From the NCBI GenBank assembly GCA_031288835.1, contig JAITQO010000016.1, positions 74,167 through 126,268 on the forward strand: a DNA stretch of 52,102 nucleotides. Direction: 5' to 3'. This DNA is from Rickettsiales bacterium. Lineage in GTDB: Bacteria; Pseudomonadota; Alphaproteobacteria; Rs-D84. Below, one piece after another: positions 15,062 through 23,660 of the stretch. The position numbers and the translations under genes are program-made. The notes under the pieces were generated by a model. It made no database searches. It worked only from the letters and a program-made list of their open reading frames with translations, and was not told the origin of the DNA. Positions within the stretch are counted from its first letter, which is position 1. Each line of letters begins with the position of its first letter.

Positions 15062-15996
15062 TGGCCGTGAGGAAGAAAGAATCTTCGTCTGTTTTCCCGC
15101 GCCCGGTCGACAATCGGAATCTTGTCGGACACGCCGCGGCCAAGGGCGCGTTTCTGGACGCCTGGGCGCGCCGCGATTCGTATCCGATTCATCCGGTGTG
15201 GCTGCTGTCCGGCCCGCGCGGAATCGGCAAGGCGACTTTGGCGTATGACCTGACGCGCCGCATTTTTTCCGACTTGCTCGGCCGGAGCGCCGACGAGGTC
15301 GCCGAACGGATGTCGCAGGGCGGCGTCGGCGATTTGTTCATTGTGGATATAGAGCACAACTTGGCGCCGACGAAGACGATTTCCGTCGACACAATCCGCG
15401 GCGTGATTGAAAAAATGCAGATGTTCAGCATGGGCGAGTCGTGGCGCGTGGTCATAATAGACTCCATGGACGAATTGTCGCGCGATACGCCGAACGCGTT
15501 GCTGAAGACGCTTGAGGAACCGCCCGCGAAAACGATTTTCTTTCTGCTCGCGCATTCGTTGGACAGGGTTCTGCCGACAATCCGCAGCCGTAGTCGCATA
15601 GAGAAACTGCGTCCGTTGTCCGGAATAGAGCTGCGGGAAATTGCCGCCAAATTGATGCCCGGGCGTGAAATCGGGGACGCCTTGGCGAAAGTCAGCGGCG
15701 GCAGTTTCGGGCGCATCGCCAGACTGATTGAATCCGGCGCGGACGGCCTGTTCGACGACGCGGTTCGGATTATAAAGGACGGAACGTCCAATTCGTCCGA
15801 TTATCTGGCGCTTGCGAAACGGATTGCGAGGAATCCCGAAAACATGTCGATTCTTTTGGACGTCGCCGCGCATTTCGGGCTGGCGGAGTTGTATCCGGCG
15901 GCGTCGCGCGGCATCGAAAGAATGGCGAGCGTTAATCTTGAGCCGGAATTGACGGCGTTCAAAATCATAACCGGTATTAAGAAATGCGTATCATAG
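15058..15996 (+). CDS. holB: DNA polymerase III subunit delta'
   Basis: LLSGPRGIGKATLA P-loop-like motif and NALLKTLEEPP. ATGA overlap with the upstream gene. Confidence 0.85.
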   Translation: MMAVRKKESSSVFPRPVDNRNLVGHAAAKGAFLDAWARRDSYPIHPVWLLSGPRGIGKATLAYDLTRRIFSDLLGRSADEVAERMSQGGVGDLFIVDIEHNLAPTKTISVDTIRGVIEKMQMFSMGESWRVVIIDSMDELSRDTPNALLKTLEEPPAKTIFFLLAHSLDRVLPTIRSRSRIEKLRPLSGIELREIAAKLMPGREIGDALAKVSGGSFGRIARLIESGADGLFDDAVRIIKDGTSNSSDYLALAKRIARNPENMSILLDVAAHFGLAELYPAASRGIERMASVNLEPELTAFKIITGIKKCVS

Positions 15997-16697
15997 ACAC
16001 TCATTCGCATTCGATGATTATCGACGGCGTGGATAAAGTCATTTACGCCTGCGCCGACCCGAAGGACGTGGACAAGGTTTTTGGCGCCGCCCGGGAAAAT
16101 CCGCGAATATTCTGCACGCTTGGCATTCACCCGCAATACGCCGGGGCCGAGCCGGATTACGAACATCTGCTTTCCGACCCGAAGGTCGTCGGCGTCGGGG
16201 AAATCGGGCTGGATTACCACGACGGGGACGGCGACAGGAAAGGGCAGCTCGGGTTATTCCGAAAGCAATTGGAAATCGCGCGCCGCGCGAACCTGCCCGT
16301 CGCGATTCATTCGCGCGCCGCCGAAGCGGACACCGCGGAGACATTGAAGGACATGCCCGCGGGCGGCGTCATGCATTGCTTCACATCGGATTACGATTTC
16401 GCGCGCGCGATGCTGGACAGGGGATTTTATATTTCCGCCAGCGGAATAATCACGTTCAAGAACGCCGCCGCATTGCGCGATACGTTCGCGAAAATCCCGG
16501 CGGAGAGAATCCTGTCGGAAACGGATTCCCCTTGGTGCGCGCCCGTGCCGTATCGCGGCGGCGAATGCGCGCCGGCAATGGTGCTCGAGACGATGAAAGT
16601 CCTCGCGGAGGTCAAAAAAATCCCGTTGGTTGAAATGGGGCGGATTTTGTGGGATAATGCGCACAGGTTGTATGCGAAATTATGCCAAGACAAATAA
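15984..16697 (+). CDS. tatD: TatD-family metal-dependent hydrolase
   Basis: IIDTHSH, GEIGLDYH and SETDSPW motifs. Compact at 237 aa. Confidence 0.85.
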   Translation: MRIIDTHSHSMIIDGVDKVIYACADPKDVDKVFGAARENPRIFCTLGIHPQYAGAEPDYEHLLSDPKVVGVGEIGLDYHDGDGDRKGQLGLFRKQLEIARRANLPVAIHSRAAEADTAETLKDMPAGGVMHCFTSDYDFARAMLDRGFYISASGIITFKNAAALRDTFAKIPAERILSETDSPWCAPVPYRGGECAPAMVLETMKVLAEVKKIPLVEMGRILWDNAHRLYAKLCQDK

Positions 16698-17155
16698 TAA
16701 AATCAGGACAGCAGGTGGCTCTGAACCGCAGGGCGCGGTTCGATTACGCAATCGAGGATACCGTCGAGGCGGGGTTGTCCCTTACGGGCGCGGAGGTGAA
16801 GTCAATCCGCTATGGCCTGGTTTCCCTGGCCGATTCGTTCGTGCATTCGAAAGGCGGCGATTTGGTTGTGAAAAATATGGCGGTTGCCCCGCTGTCGACC
16901 GCGAACAAGGCGGTCCGGTTCGACGAACGCAGGGACAAACAGCTGCTGCTTCACAAGAACCAGATGAACAGGCTGCGCGGCAAACTGATTGAAAAGGGCG
17001 CGACAATCGTGCCTTTGAAATTGTATTTCAACAACCGCGGGATTATAAAGGTTTTGCTGGGCGTCGGGTTTGGAAAGTCCAAAATCGACAAGCGCGAGGT
17101 AATCAAAAGGCGCGAATGGCAGCGCGACAAAGCGCGGGTTATGAGAAAATCGTGA
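16682..17155 (+). CDS. smpB: SsrA-binding protein
   Basis: NRRARFDYAIEDTVEAGLSLTGAEVKSIR, typical SmpB. Its tmRNA partner is at 40067-40380. Confidence 0.92.
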   Translation: MPRQIIKSGQQVALNRRARFDYAIEDTVEAGLSLTGAEVKSIRYGLVSLADSFVHSKGGDLVVKNMAVAPLSTANKAVRFDERRDKQLLLHKNQMNRLRGKLIEKGATIVPLKLYFNNRGIIKVLLGVGFGKSKIDKREVIKRREWQRDKARVMRKS

Positions 17156-17234
17156 TTCGCTGTTTGTGAATGTGGTTTCGCGGTGCATGTAACGTCATTT
17201 CTCCCGCTTCCTTCTTTTTTGTCGTTCCATTGCG

Positions 17235-17504
17235 CCCTTCTCCTTGTCATTCCCGCGAAGGCGGGAATAGGGTCTTTCAACCTATATGCAAAAACTTTGT
17301 TCAAATGACAACGGAATGCGCAAGCATGCAGCAAGATGCATTTGTTCCCTGCACAATGTTATTCGCTCTTCGTTATACGTTCTCTAGAAAGACGGCTTGC
17401 TTCGCTCTCGGTTTTATAGACCCTATTCCCGCCGGAGTTTACCCCCGCGAAGTCGGGGGCGGGAATGACAAGTATAAAAAGTGGTGGAAAGACAAGGAGA
17501 AGGG
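17235..17504. mobile_element. MITE-like repeat, copy A
   Basis: A perfect 14-bp terminal inverted repeat, CCCTTCTCCTTGTC (17235-17248) / GACAAGGAGAAGGG (17491-17504), encloses GTCATTCCCGCGAAGGCGGGAAT palindromes. The interior is shared with 30086-30522 and, inverted, 35075-35300. No coding capacity. Confidence 0.75.
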
Positions 17505-17640
17505 AACGGGAATTACAAACCTTTTGAGTTTGTTTTTATTACTGGCTTTCGTTGCCTATGTCCTACGGCGCCGCAACGAACTGACGCCAGCCTTATTCTT
17601 CGTCTCTTGTCCTTTTTTCCCTTGCATTCGTTGTCGACCT

Positions 17641-17650
17641 TGGATATAAT
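17641..17650 (+). promoter_or_regulatory. Extended -10 promoter (TGGATATAAT) for leader L4
   Basis: TGGATATAAT about 250 nt upstream of the 17902 start codon. Confidence 0.45.
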
Positions 17651-17656
17651 TACGCC

Positions 17657-17901
17657 GGAATCCAAAGGGATTTGGGTTCGGGACTGTTAGAAGTCCTTTG
17701 TGTAAGCGGTGCAGAAGCACTGATATCTGAATAAAATATCAACCGCTTTCTGCATTGAGATTATCCCCCGACTGTGGTCGGGGAGCCGCGGTATATAAAA
17801 TACGACAAGCCGAAAAACCGCGGAGTCATTCTTACACATGATTTCTAAACTCCCCGACCGCCAATTCCGTTGACGGTTTTTTTACGACAAAAGGGGGAAA
17901 A
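17657..17901 (+). promoter_or_regulatory. Structured 5' leader copy L4 (upstream of secreted Cys-rich protein)
   Basis: GCACTGA block. P1 TCCCCCGAC-TGTG-GTCGGGGA (17764-17784). Long P2 CCGCGG...CCGCGG (17786-17823). GATTTCTAAAC, then duplicated arm TCCCCGACC (17851-17859) overlapping terminator ACCGCCAA-TTCC-GTTGACGGT plus T7 (17857-17883). SD GGGGGA. Confidence 0.7.
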
Positions 17902-18402
17902 ATGAAAACAACCGGGGCATTCATTTTGATTTTGACATTCGCGTTAATTGCCGGTACCGCATCGGCGGAAAGGTTGTGCCAATTGGATTGGTTCGAGGCG
18001 TGGAAGAACGCGAGCGGCGCGTTGTCTAATTATAGAACGTCGAATAGCCGGGGTGACTATGATAATTCTACTAGTAACGGAGGGATGGGAACATGGGCGG
18101 TAACGTCCGACCAGGGGAGCGCGGGAGTGTATCATACGGTATCGGGGCAATCATTTTGTTCAAGCGTAGGTAATGGCACATTTACTAATTGGTCTCCTGA
18201 TTTTGATACATCTATATCATCAAACAACAAGTATTGTTGGTGTAGAATGACAAGTCCGAACCTTGGCGGGTCTTGGGCGTTCTTGGGCGACTATGGTTCG
18301 GCAGCTGATTGCGCGATCGACTGCGCGCTCCACTGCGCGAATTGTGTTCGGAGCGGCGCGGACGGCTCGTGCAACCGCTCCGCCGTCCTGGCGCTGCCGT
18401 AA
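17902..18402 (+). CDS. Secreted Cys-rich protein, CWCR family paralogue 1
   Basis: Signal peptide MKTTGAFILILTFALIAGTASA. C-terminal block YCWCRMTSPNLGGSWAFLGDYGSAADCAIDCALHCANCV is shared with the convergent neighbour. Confidence 0.75.
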   Translation: MKTTGAFILILTFALIAGTASAERLCQLDWFEAWKNASGALSNYRTSNSRGDYDNSTSNGGMGTWAVTSDQGSAGVYHTVSGQSFCSSVGNGTFTNWSPDFDTSISSNNKYCWCRMTSPNLGGSWAFLGDYGSAADCAIDCALHCANCVRSGADGSCNRSAVLALP

Positions 18403-18482
18403 AATCTTTATCATTCTGTTTTGTCGCCGTTCGGATGGTCGCCGGAACGACGGCCTATGGGTTGCGAACGCGACCCTTCGTT

Positions 18483-18980
18483 TCAATCACTTGTTTTGTT
18501 CGCAGGCGCTTGACAAAGCTTGGCGCGGAAGTCGGAACTGAGGCTGACGTAATTCACGCAGCTGCTTGCGCAAAACTGGGCGCAATAGGGCGCCGAATCA
18601 TAATCGCCCAAGAACACCCATGCGCCCGAAAGGCCCCCGTTCTTTATCCGGCACCAGCAATGCCGGCCCTTGTCCGCCTTCGGCTTGTCTATATCCAGGT
18701 ATGTTCCGCCCGTGCCCGAACATCTCGAATTTCCACGCGCCGTCACCGGTGCTCCGGCGCGTCCCCACGGGCCGCTCAATTTCCATGTTCCTTCCGCGGC
18801 ATCCTTGCTGTAATCGTAAACGTTTCCGTTTCCGTCTCCGCCGCGCGCCGCATTCTCGATTATCGGACACGCAAAGCCTACGGCCTCTTTTCGTGTGACT
18901 TCGCCGCACGCGGCTGCCAGAAGGCATAGCGCCGCTGCGATTGCTTTCCGCATCGAAATACATTTTTCTGTTTTTTTCAT
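18483..18980 (-). CDS. Lipoprotein, CWCR family paralogue 2
   Basis: Lipobox LLAAAC (the start may be the internal MRKAIAA at 18953). HCWCRIKNGGLSGAWVFLGDYDSAPYCAQFCASSCVNYV aligns with the 17902 protein. Confidence 0.75.
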   Translation of the reverse strand: MKKTEKCISMRKAIAAALCLLAAACGEVTRKEAVGFACPIIENAARGGDGNGNVYDYSKDAAEGTWKLSGPWGRAGAPVTARGNSRCSGTGGTYLDIDKPKADKGRHCWCRIKNGGLSGAWVFLGDYDSAPYCAQFCASSCVNYVSLSSDFRAKLCQAPANKTSD

Positions 18981-19002
18981 TATTCCGTTCGCGCGTTCCG
19001 AA

Positions 19003-19899
19003 TCAAATCCATGTCCACGGCTTCAGGATTTTCAGCAATCCCAGCGCCGTCCTTTTATCCGAGAACGCGTGCCCGCAGTTCGGACAGACTATGAACGGGG
19101 CGACAATCGCCTTCACTTTCTTGAAGGCCATGAACCACAGCAGCAGCGCGGCCGCCCACGCAATCAGGACCAGCCCCCACGCGACGTATCCGAAGTATCC
19201 GTTGATTGTGGACATGATGATTTGCACGGTGGATTTCGACGAACGCTCGATTTCCGCGTAAATCTTGTTGGAAACCGGCCACGTCGAAGGGCGCCACGGC
19301 GCGATTGACTTCACGTTATATTTGGCGAGCATCACGTTCGACATTCCGCCCGTCGCCTTGTCCAGCTGGCCGCGCACGGCCTGGTCTATCATCGCGTCGA
19401 CCTCGAGTTGCCCGGCCTTGACCAGTTCCTTTTCGATTTTGTCCAATTGCTTGTTTACTGCGTTCGCTGTGTCGTCGACACCGCCGGCGATATTGTCGAC
19501 CGCTTTGGTTTTTACGCCCAATTTTCCCGCGATTCCTGTCAATTTGCTTACCTTTTGCGTCTGCTTCTGAACGGATTCGAGCGGCTTCGACGCGGCCTTG
19601 ACCTTCGCGATTGCCGCGTTGACGGGCTTTTCAAGATTGATTGATTTTTTTATGCCGTCCATCAGCTTGGAATATTGCTCGGCGATTCCCTGCTGTAGGT
19701 CGAAGAACATGGACACGACGATTGATTTTTTAATCGGCTCGGAATATGTGTTTTTCACATGCAGCGGAAACCACGCCGCCAGCGCGAGCCAAACCGCCGT
19801 GAATGACAGAAACGCGATTTTTACCTTTTTGACCCACGATGATTTTTTCGCGATGTATTTTTCTCCGCCGCGTTCCGTGAACTTTGCCTCTTTCGCCAT
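19003..19899 (-). CDS. Membrane protein with coiled-coil region and C-terminal CPNCGH motif
   Basis: Start at MAKEAKF (AAGGA SD). TM segments IAFLSFTAVWLALAAWF and YVAWGLVLIAWAAALLLWFMAF. No recognised family. It lies 22 nt upstream of the lipoprotein gene. Confidence 0.6.
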   Translation of the reverse strand: MAKEAKFTERGGEKYIAKKSSWVKKVKIAFLSFTAVWLALAAWFPLHVKNTYSEPIKKSIVVSMFFDLQQGIAEQYSKLMDGIKKSINLEKPVNAAIAKVKAASKPLESVQKQTQKVSKLTGIAGKLGVKTKAVDNIAGGVDDTANAVNKQLDKIEKELVKAGQLEVDAMIDQAVRGQLDKATGGMSNVMLAKYNVKSIAPWRPSTWPVSNKIYAEIERSSKSTVQIIMSTINGYFGYVAWGLVLIAWAAALLLWFMAFKKVKAIVAPFIVCPNCGHAFSDKRTALGLLKILKPWTWI

Positions 19900-20012
19900 G
19901 TCTTTCCGTCCTTTTTTAATAATGATAACAGCAGGATTGGGGATAGTCAATAGTTCGAAATATGAAATCCGGAAACTGAAGTGGTTTTTGAAAAAATCAT
20001 TTTATGATTTTA

Positions 20013-20480
20013 TTAAAAACATATTTTTATTATTTCTAATGCGGCCGCGCCGTAAAACCCCGCAACGACGTCGTCCAGCATCACGCCGTGCGCGTTCAAA
20101 ACCTTGGCGTCGAAGAACCTCGCGGGCTGCGGCTTCGTTATATCGAACAGGCGGAACAGAAAAAACGCGCCCAGCCACCACCATAGTTGCCCCCAATTCA
20201 AAAAGCGCGCGATGGGCAGAACCGTCAGCGTCTGCCCGGCGATTTCGTCAACCACCACGACGGACGGGTCGTGCGCGGTATATTTCAGAACCTCGCGCGT
20301 TGAAATCGTCCCGATGATGTAAACAAGCGCGGCCAGCGCGGCCACGCCCCATGTTCCGAAAAAATACGCCGCCGCGAACGCGGGCGGCAGCGCCGCAAGG
20401 CTGCCCGCCGTGCCGCTGGCGAACGGAAAGTATCCCGCGCCGAATCCGGTTGCGAAGACATATGACAGAGTTTTTTTCAT
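20013..20480 (-). CDS. pgpA: Phosphatidylglycerophosphatase A
   Basis: FGAGYFPFASGTAGSLAALP and FRLFDITKP are PgpA signatures. Confidence 0.85.
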   Translation of the reverse strand: MKKTLSYVFATGFGAGYFPFASGTAGSLAALPPAFAAAYFFGTWGVAALAALVYIIGTISTREVLKYTAHDPSVVVVDEIAGQTLTVLPIARFLNWGQLWWWLGAFFLFRLFDITKPQPARFFDAKVLNAHGVMLDDVVAGFYGAAALEIIKICF

Positions 20481-20489
20481 ATCCTGACG

Positions 20490-20831
20490 CTATTCTTGTT
20501 TTTGCCGATTGTCCTGCAAAAGTTTTTGCCGCACAAGTTGTTCTTTTGTAACCGGCGGGTAAATCACATTTTCTTTGGCCATGATGAAACCCCGCCGCGG
20601 GCGGAAATAGTCCGGCGTTTCGTCGTATTCGCCGCTCGCCCCCGACAGCAACGCGTCTATTTCCTCCGGCGTCAGCGCGCCGTCGTCGATTGCGCGCCTT
20701 TCCAGCATGTCATCGATTTCTTTATTCGCCGGCGCTTCGACGACGGGAAATATGTTTTTGTCGCCGGAATCGCCGACTATTTTTGCCGGCAGGTTGTTTT
20801 CTTCTTTTCTTTCCGATATTTTGTCGCTCAT
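20490..20831 (-). CDS. Acidic hypothetical protein
   Basis: 113 aa, tightly packed between tgt and pgpA on the same strand. No recognised family. Confidence 0.5.
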   Translation of the reverse strand: MSDKISERKEENNLPAKIVGDSGDKNIFPVVEAPANKEIDDMLERRAIDDGALTPEEIDALLSGASGEYDETPDYFRPRRGFIMAKENVIYPPVTKEQLVRQKLLQDNRQKQE

Positions 20832-20832
20832 T

Positions 20833-21927
20833 TCATTTTCCTTTCGAATATTCCATTATAAAGTCGTTCTTGAACTTTGCAAAGTTTTTTCGTTCTATCG
20901 CGTCCCTGATTCCGAGCATCAAGTCCTGATAAAACTTCAGGTTGTGCCTGGTCAGCGCAATCGCGCCCAGAATCTCGTTCGCCTTCGCAAGATGATGCAG
21001 ATACGCCAGCGTCAGGCCTGTGTCGCCGAGGATGGCGGGGTCGTCTTTATATTTCGCGTTCCGAAGATTGATTGTCCCGTTTTTTGTGAACGCCTGCGCC
21101 GTCCGGCCCGCGCGGGTCGGCATCACGCAGTCGAACATGTCGACGCCGCGCTCCACCGCGCCGAGGATATCAAGCGGCGTTCCGACGCCCATCAGATACC
21201 GCGGCTTCGCCGCAGGCAGTATGCCGTTCGTTATGCCGAGCATGTCGAACATGACGTCCTGCGGCTCGCCCACGGCAAGCCCGCCGATTGCGTATCCGTC
21301 GAAGTCCATGCCGACCAGCCCGCGCGCGGATTTCTCGCGCAGGTCGGCAAAGTCCGCGCCCTGGACGATTCCGAAAATGCCGTATCCGTCACGAGCGGCG
21401 AACGCCGCCTTGCTTCGCGCCGCCCATCGCGCGACGCGCTCCACGTTTTTTTCCACGACGTCGCGCGGCGCGGGCAGGCGCAGGCATTCGTCCAGCGCCA
21501 TGGTGATGTCGGAATCCAGCTGGCGCTGGATGCGGACGGAGTCCTCGGGCGTCATGAAATGCTTTATTCCGCCGTCGATGTGCGAGGTGAACTCCGCTCC
21601 GTCTTCGGTCATTTTCACCAGGTTGGACAGCGACATGATTTGGAATCCGCCGCTGTCGGTGAGGATTGTCTTGTTCCACCCGGAAAACTTGTGCAGGCCG
21701 CCCATTTTTTCAATCAGGCCGCCGCCCGGCCTCATCATCAGGTGATAGGTGTTTCCGAGAATCACCTCGGTTCCCGTTTCCGCAACCATGCCCATGGTCA
21801 TCGCCTTGACGGTCGCCGCAGTTCCGACCGCCATGAACGCCGGCGTCTGGAATTTTCCGTGCGCCGTTTGGACGCATCCGCGCCGAGCGTTTCCATCCGT
21901 CGCGATAAGATTGAATTTTAATGACAT
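20833..21927 (-). CDS. tgt: Queuine tRNA-ribosyltransferase
   Basis: FMAVGTAATVKA, LGNTYHLMMRPG and TDSGGFQ. Start chosen at MSLKFNLIATDGNARRG by similarity to Tgt N-termini (ORF extends to 21990). Confidence 0.92.
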   Translation of the reverse strand: MSLKFNLIATDGNARRGCVQTAHGKFQTPAFMAVGTAATVKAMTMGMVAETGTEVILGNTYHLMMRPGGGLIEKMGGLHKFSGWNKTILTDSGGFQIMSLSNLVKMTEDGAEFTSHIDGGIKHFMTPEDSVRIQRQLDSDITMALDECLRLPAPRDVVEKNVERVARWAARSKAAFAARDGYGIFGIVQGADFADLREKSARGLVGMDFDGYAIGGLAVGEPQDVMFDMLGITNGILPAAKPRYLMGVGTPLDILGAVERGVDMFDCVMPTRAGRTAQAFTKNGTINLRNAKYKDDPAILGDTGLTLAYLHHLAKANEILGAIALTRHNLKFYQDLMLGIRDAIERKNFAKFKNDFIMEYSKGK

Positions 21928-21986
21928 TTCTTCGGGCATATGATTCCTTTTAAGATGCATGAATCTTAATGCCGCGGATGCCTTTG

Positions 21987-23006
21987 TCAAGTTTTTTTAA
22001 ATAACAGGCAGCAGTCGCCATACGAAAAAAATCTGTATTTTTCAAGGACGGCGTGCGCGTAGGCGGCCTTCATCTCATTCGTTCCGGCGAACGCGCATGC
22101 CAGCATGAACAGCGTCGATTTTGGCAAATGAAAATTGGTCAGCAATACGTCGGCGGCCTTGAAATCATATCCCGGCGTGATGAAAATATTCGTCGTGCCC
22201 GAAAACGGCGCGATTCTGGCGCCGGCATTTTGTTTCGCCGCGGCGGATTCCAACAACCGCAGCGATGTTGTGCCGACGGCAACAACGCGTCGCGCTCCGT
22301 TGATGATTTCCGCCTGTTCGGGCGCTATGACGCCCCATTCGCTGTGCATTTTGTGGTCTTTGGTGTCTTCGGCTTTCACGGGCATCCAGGTCCCGGCGCC
22401 GACATGAAGCGTTATCTTTGCGATTTTCGCGCCCGCCTTTTCTATCGCGCCCAGCAGTTCCGGCGTGAAATGAAGCCCGGCGGTCGGCGCGGCCATGCTG
22501 CCCGGCGGCTCCGCGTAAACCGTCTGATACCGTTCGCGGTCTGCGTCGTCGCCATCGCGTTTTATATACGGGGGCAGGGGGATTTTTCCAACTTTATCCA
22601 ATGCGTCGAAAACATCTTCGCGGTCGAAACGAATCAGCAGGCCGCTTTCGTCGTTTTTTTCGATTATTTCAATTCGGGTTCCGTCGGCCAGCGTCAGTTT
22701 GTCGCCGATTTTCAATTTGCCGAACTTTTTGGCGAATCCCCACCAGCGCCCTCCGGCCGCCCGGGTGTGCAATGTGATTTCATACGCCGCGCCGTCCCCG
22801 GCGGCCGCGTCGAACCTGCACGGGACGACCCGGCTGTCATTGAATACGACCGCGTCGCCCGGCCGCAGGAAATCGGCAAAGTCGCGGATGCCTTTGTCCA
22901 GCAATTCTTCGCCGACGACAAGCATCCGGCCGGCGTCGCGCCGCGCCGGCGGTTTCTGCGCAATCAGTCCCTCCGGCAAATCAAAATCGAATTCGGACAC
23001 CAGCAT
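21987..23006 (-). CDS. queA: S-adenosylmethionine:tRNA ribosyltransferase-isomerase
   Basis: MLVSEFDFDLPEGLIAQKP, AAPTAGLHFT and TNFHLPKSTL. Confidence 0.92.
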   Translation of the reverse strand: MLVSEFDFDLPEGLIAQKPPARRDAGRMLVVGEELLDKGIRDFADFLRPGDAVVFNDSRVVPCRFDAAAGDGAAYEITLHTRAAGGRWWGFAKKFGKLKIGDKLTLADGTRIEIIEKNDESGLLIRFDREDVFDALDKVGKIPLPPYIKRDGDDADRERYQTVYAEPPGSMAAPTAGLHFTPELLGAIEKAGAKIAKITLHVGAGTWMPVKAEDTKDHKMHSEWGVIAPEQAEIINGARRVVAVGTTSLRLLESAAAKQNAGARIAPFSGTTNIFITPGYDFKAADVLLTNFHLPKSTLFMLACAFAGTNEMKAAYAHAVLEKYRFFSYGDCCLLFKKT

Positions 23007-23009
23007 TTT

Positions 23010-23660
23010 TTAGAACAGCGCTATCAGTCCGGCGATAAAGATTATTTCGACGGCCACAATCCCCATGACGCCGAGGACGCGCCCTGCGTAATCAAAGAAG
23101 GTTCTGTCATCCAGCGAGACCGATATGCCGGCGTAATTCACATTGCCGAGCGTCCGTTTTTTTCGCATTTCCAGATTTTGGATTTCAGTATTGACGCGCT
23201 CCAATTCCCTTTCTATTTTCAGCGCGTCGTCGACATTGGGCGCCTTTTTCAGCAAAGCCATGTATTTGCTTCTGCTGGCGGTCAGCACGGCCAGCCGCGA
23301 ATCGATGTCGATATACGAATCCGTGATGTCCGTCGCCCTTTTGTTCATATCTTTTATTGTTCCGACGTCGCCGCCCAGAAAATCCAGGAACCCGTCCATT
23401 TTGTCCGCGGGTATCCGAACCGTGATATTTTCTTTGGATTCGAAGGAGACATAGCCTTTCAATTCGCCGGCCTTTATTCTTATTTTTTCCTTTGATTTAT
23501 CTATGTCCCCGACTTTTACATTCGCGCTTACCTCGTGGGAAACCATCCTTTCGGCCGTTTCCGGTCCGCCGGCGTGCGCGGCCGCCTCGGACGGAGCTTG
23601 TCGTCCGCCGCATCCGGACAAAACCGCGCAGAGGGCGCAAATCAAAAACCTTTTAATCAT
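23010..23660 (-). CDS. Lipoprotein, DUF4349-like
   Basis: Lipobox LSGC, coiled-coil middle, C-terminal TM VMGIVAVEIIFIAGLIALF. This architecture is typical of DUF4349 (assignment from memory). Confidence 0.55.
   Translation of the reverse strand: MIKRFLICALCAVLSGCGGRQAPSEAAAHAGGPETAERMVSHEVSANVKVGDIDKSKEKIRIKAGELKGYVSFESKENITVRIPADKMDGFLDFLGGDVGTIKDMNKRATDITDSYIDIDSRLAVLTASRSKYMALLKKAPNVDDALKIERELERVNTEIQNLEMRKKRTLGNVNYAGISVSLDDRTFFDYAGRVLGVMGIVAVEIIFIAGLIALF

Noticed and set aside
13871-15873. ORFs 13871..14824(-) and 14749..15873(-), 317 and 374 aa.
   Set aside because: They are antisense to the carboxypeptidase and holB genes, both of which have textbook motifs. The translations are Arg-rich nonsense.
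16951-17334. ORFs containing PAFAGMT-like peptides (also 30142..30363 and 35003..35296).
   Set aside because: They are translations of the MITE palindromes GTCATTCCCGCGAAGGCGGGAAT. The same peptide appears wherever the repeat occurs.
20833-23006. Looked for a preQ1 riboswitch or other queuosine-related RNA around tgt and queA, and considered whether the recurrent leaders could be preQ1-type because of their C-rich, A-rich tails.
   Set aside because: No preQ1-I, II or III consensus is visible near tgt or queA. The recurrent leaders are far larger, are not linked to queuosine genes, and lack the compact hairpin plus A-rich tail geometry.
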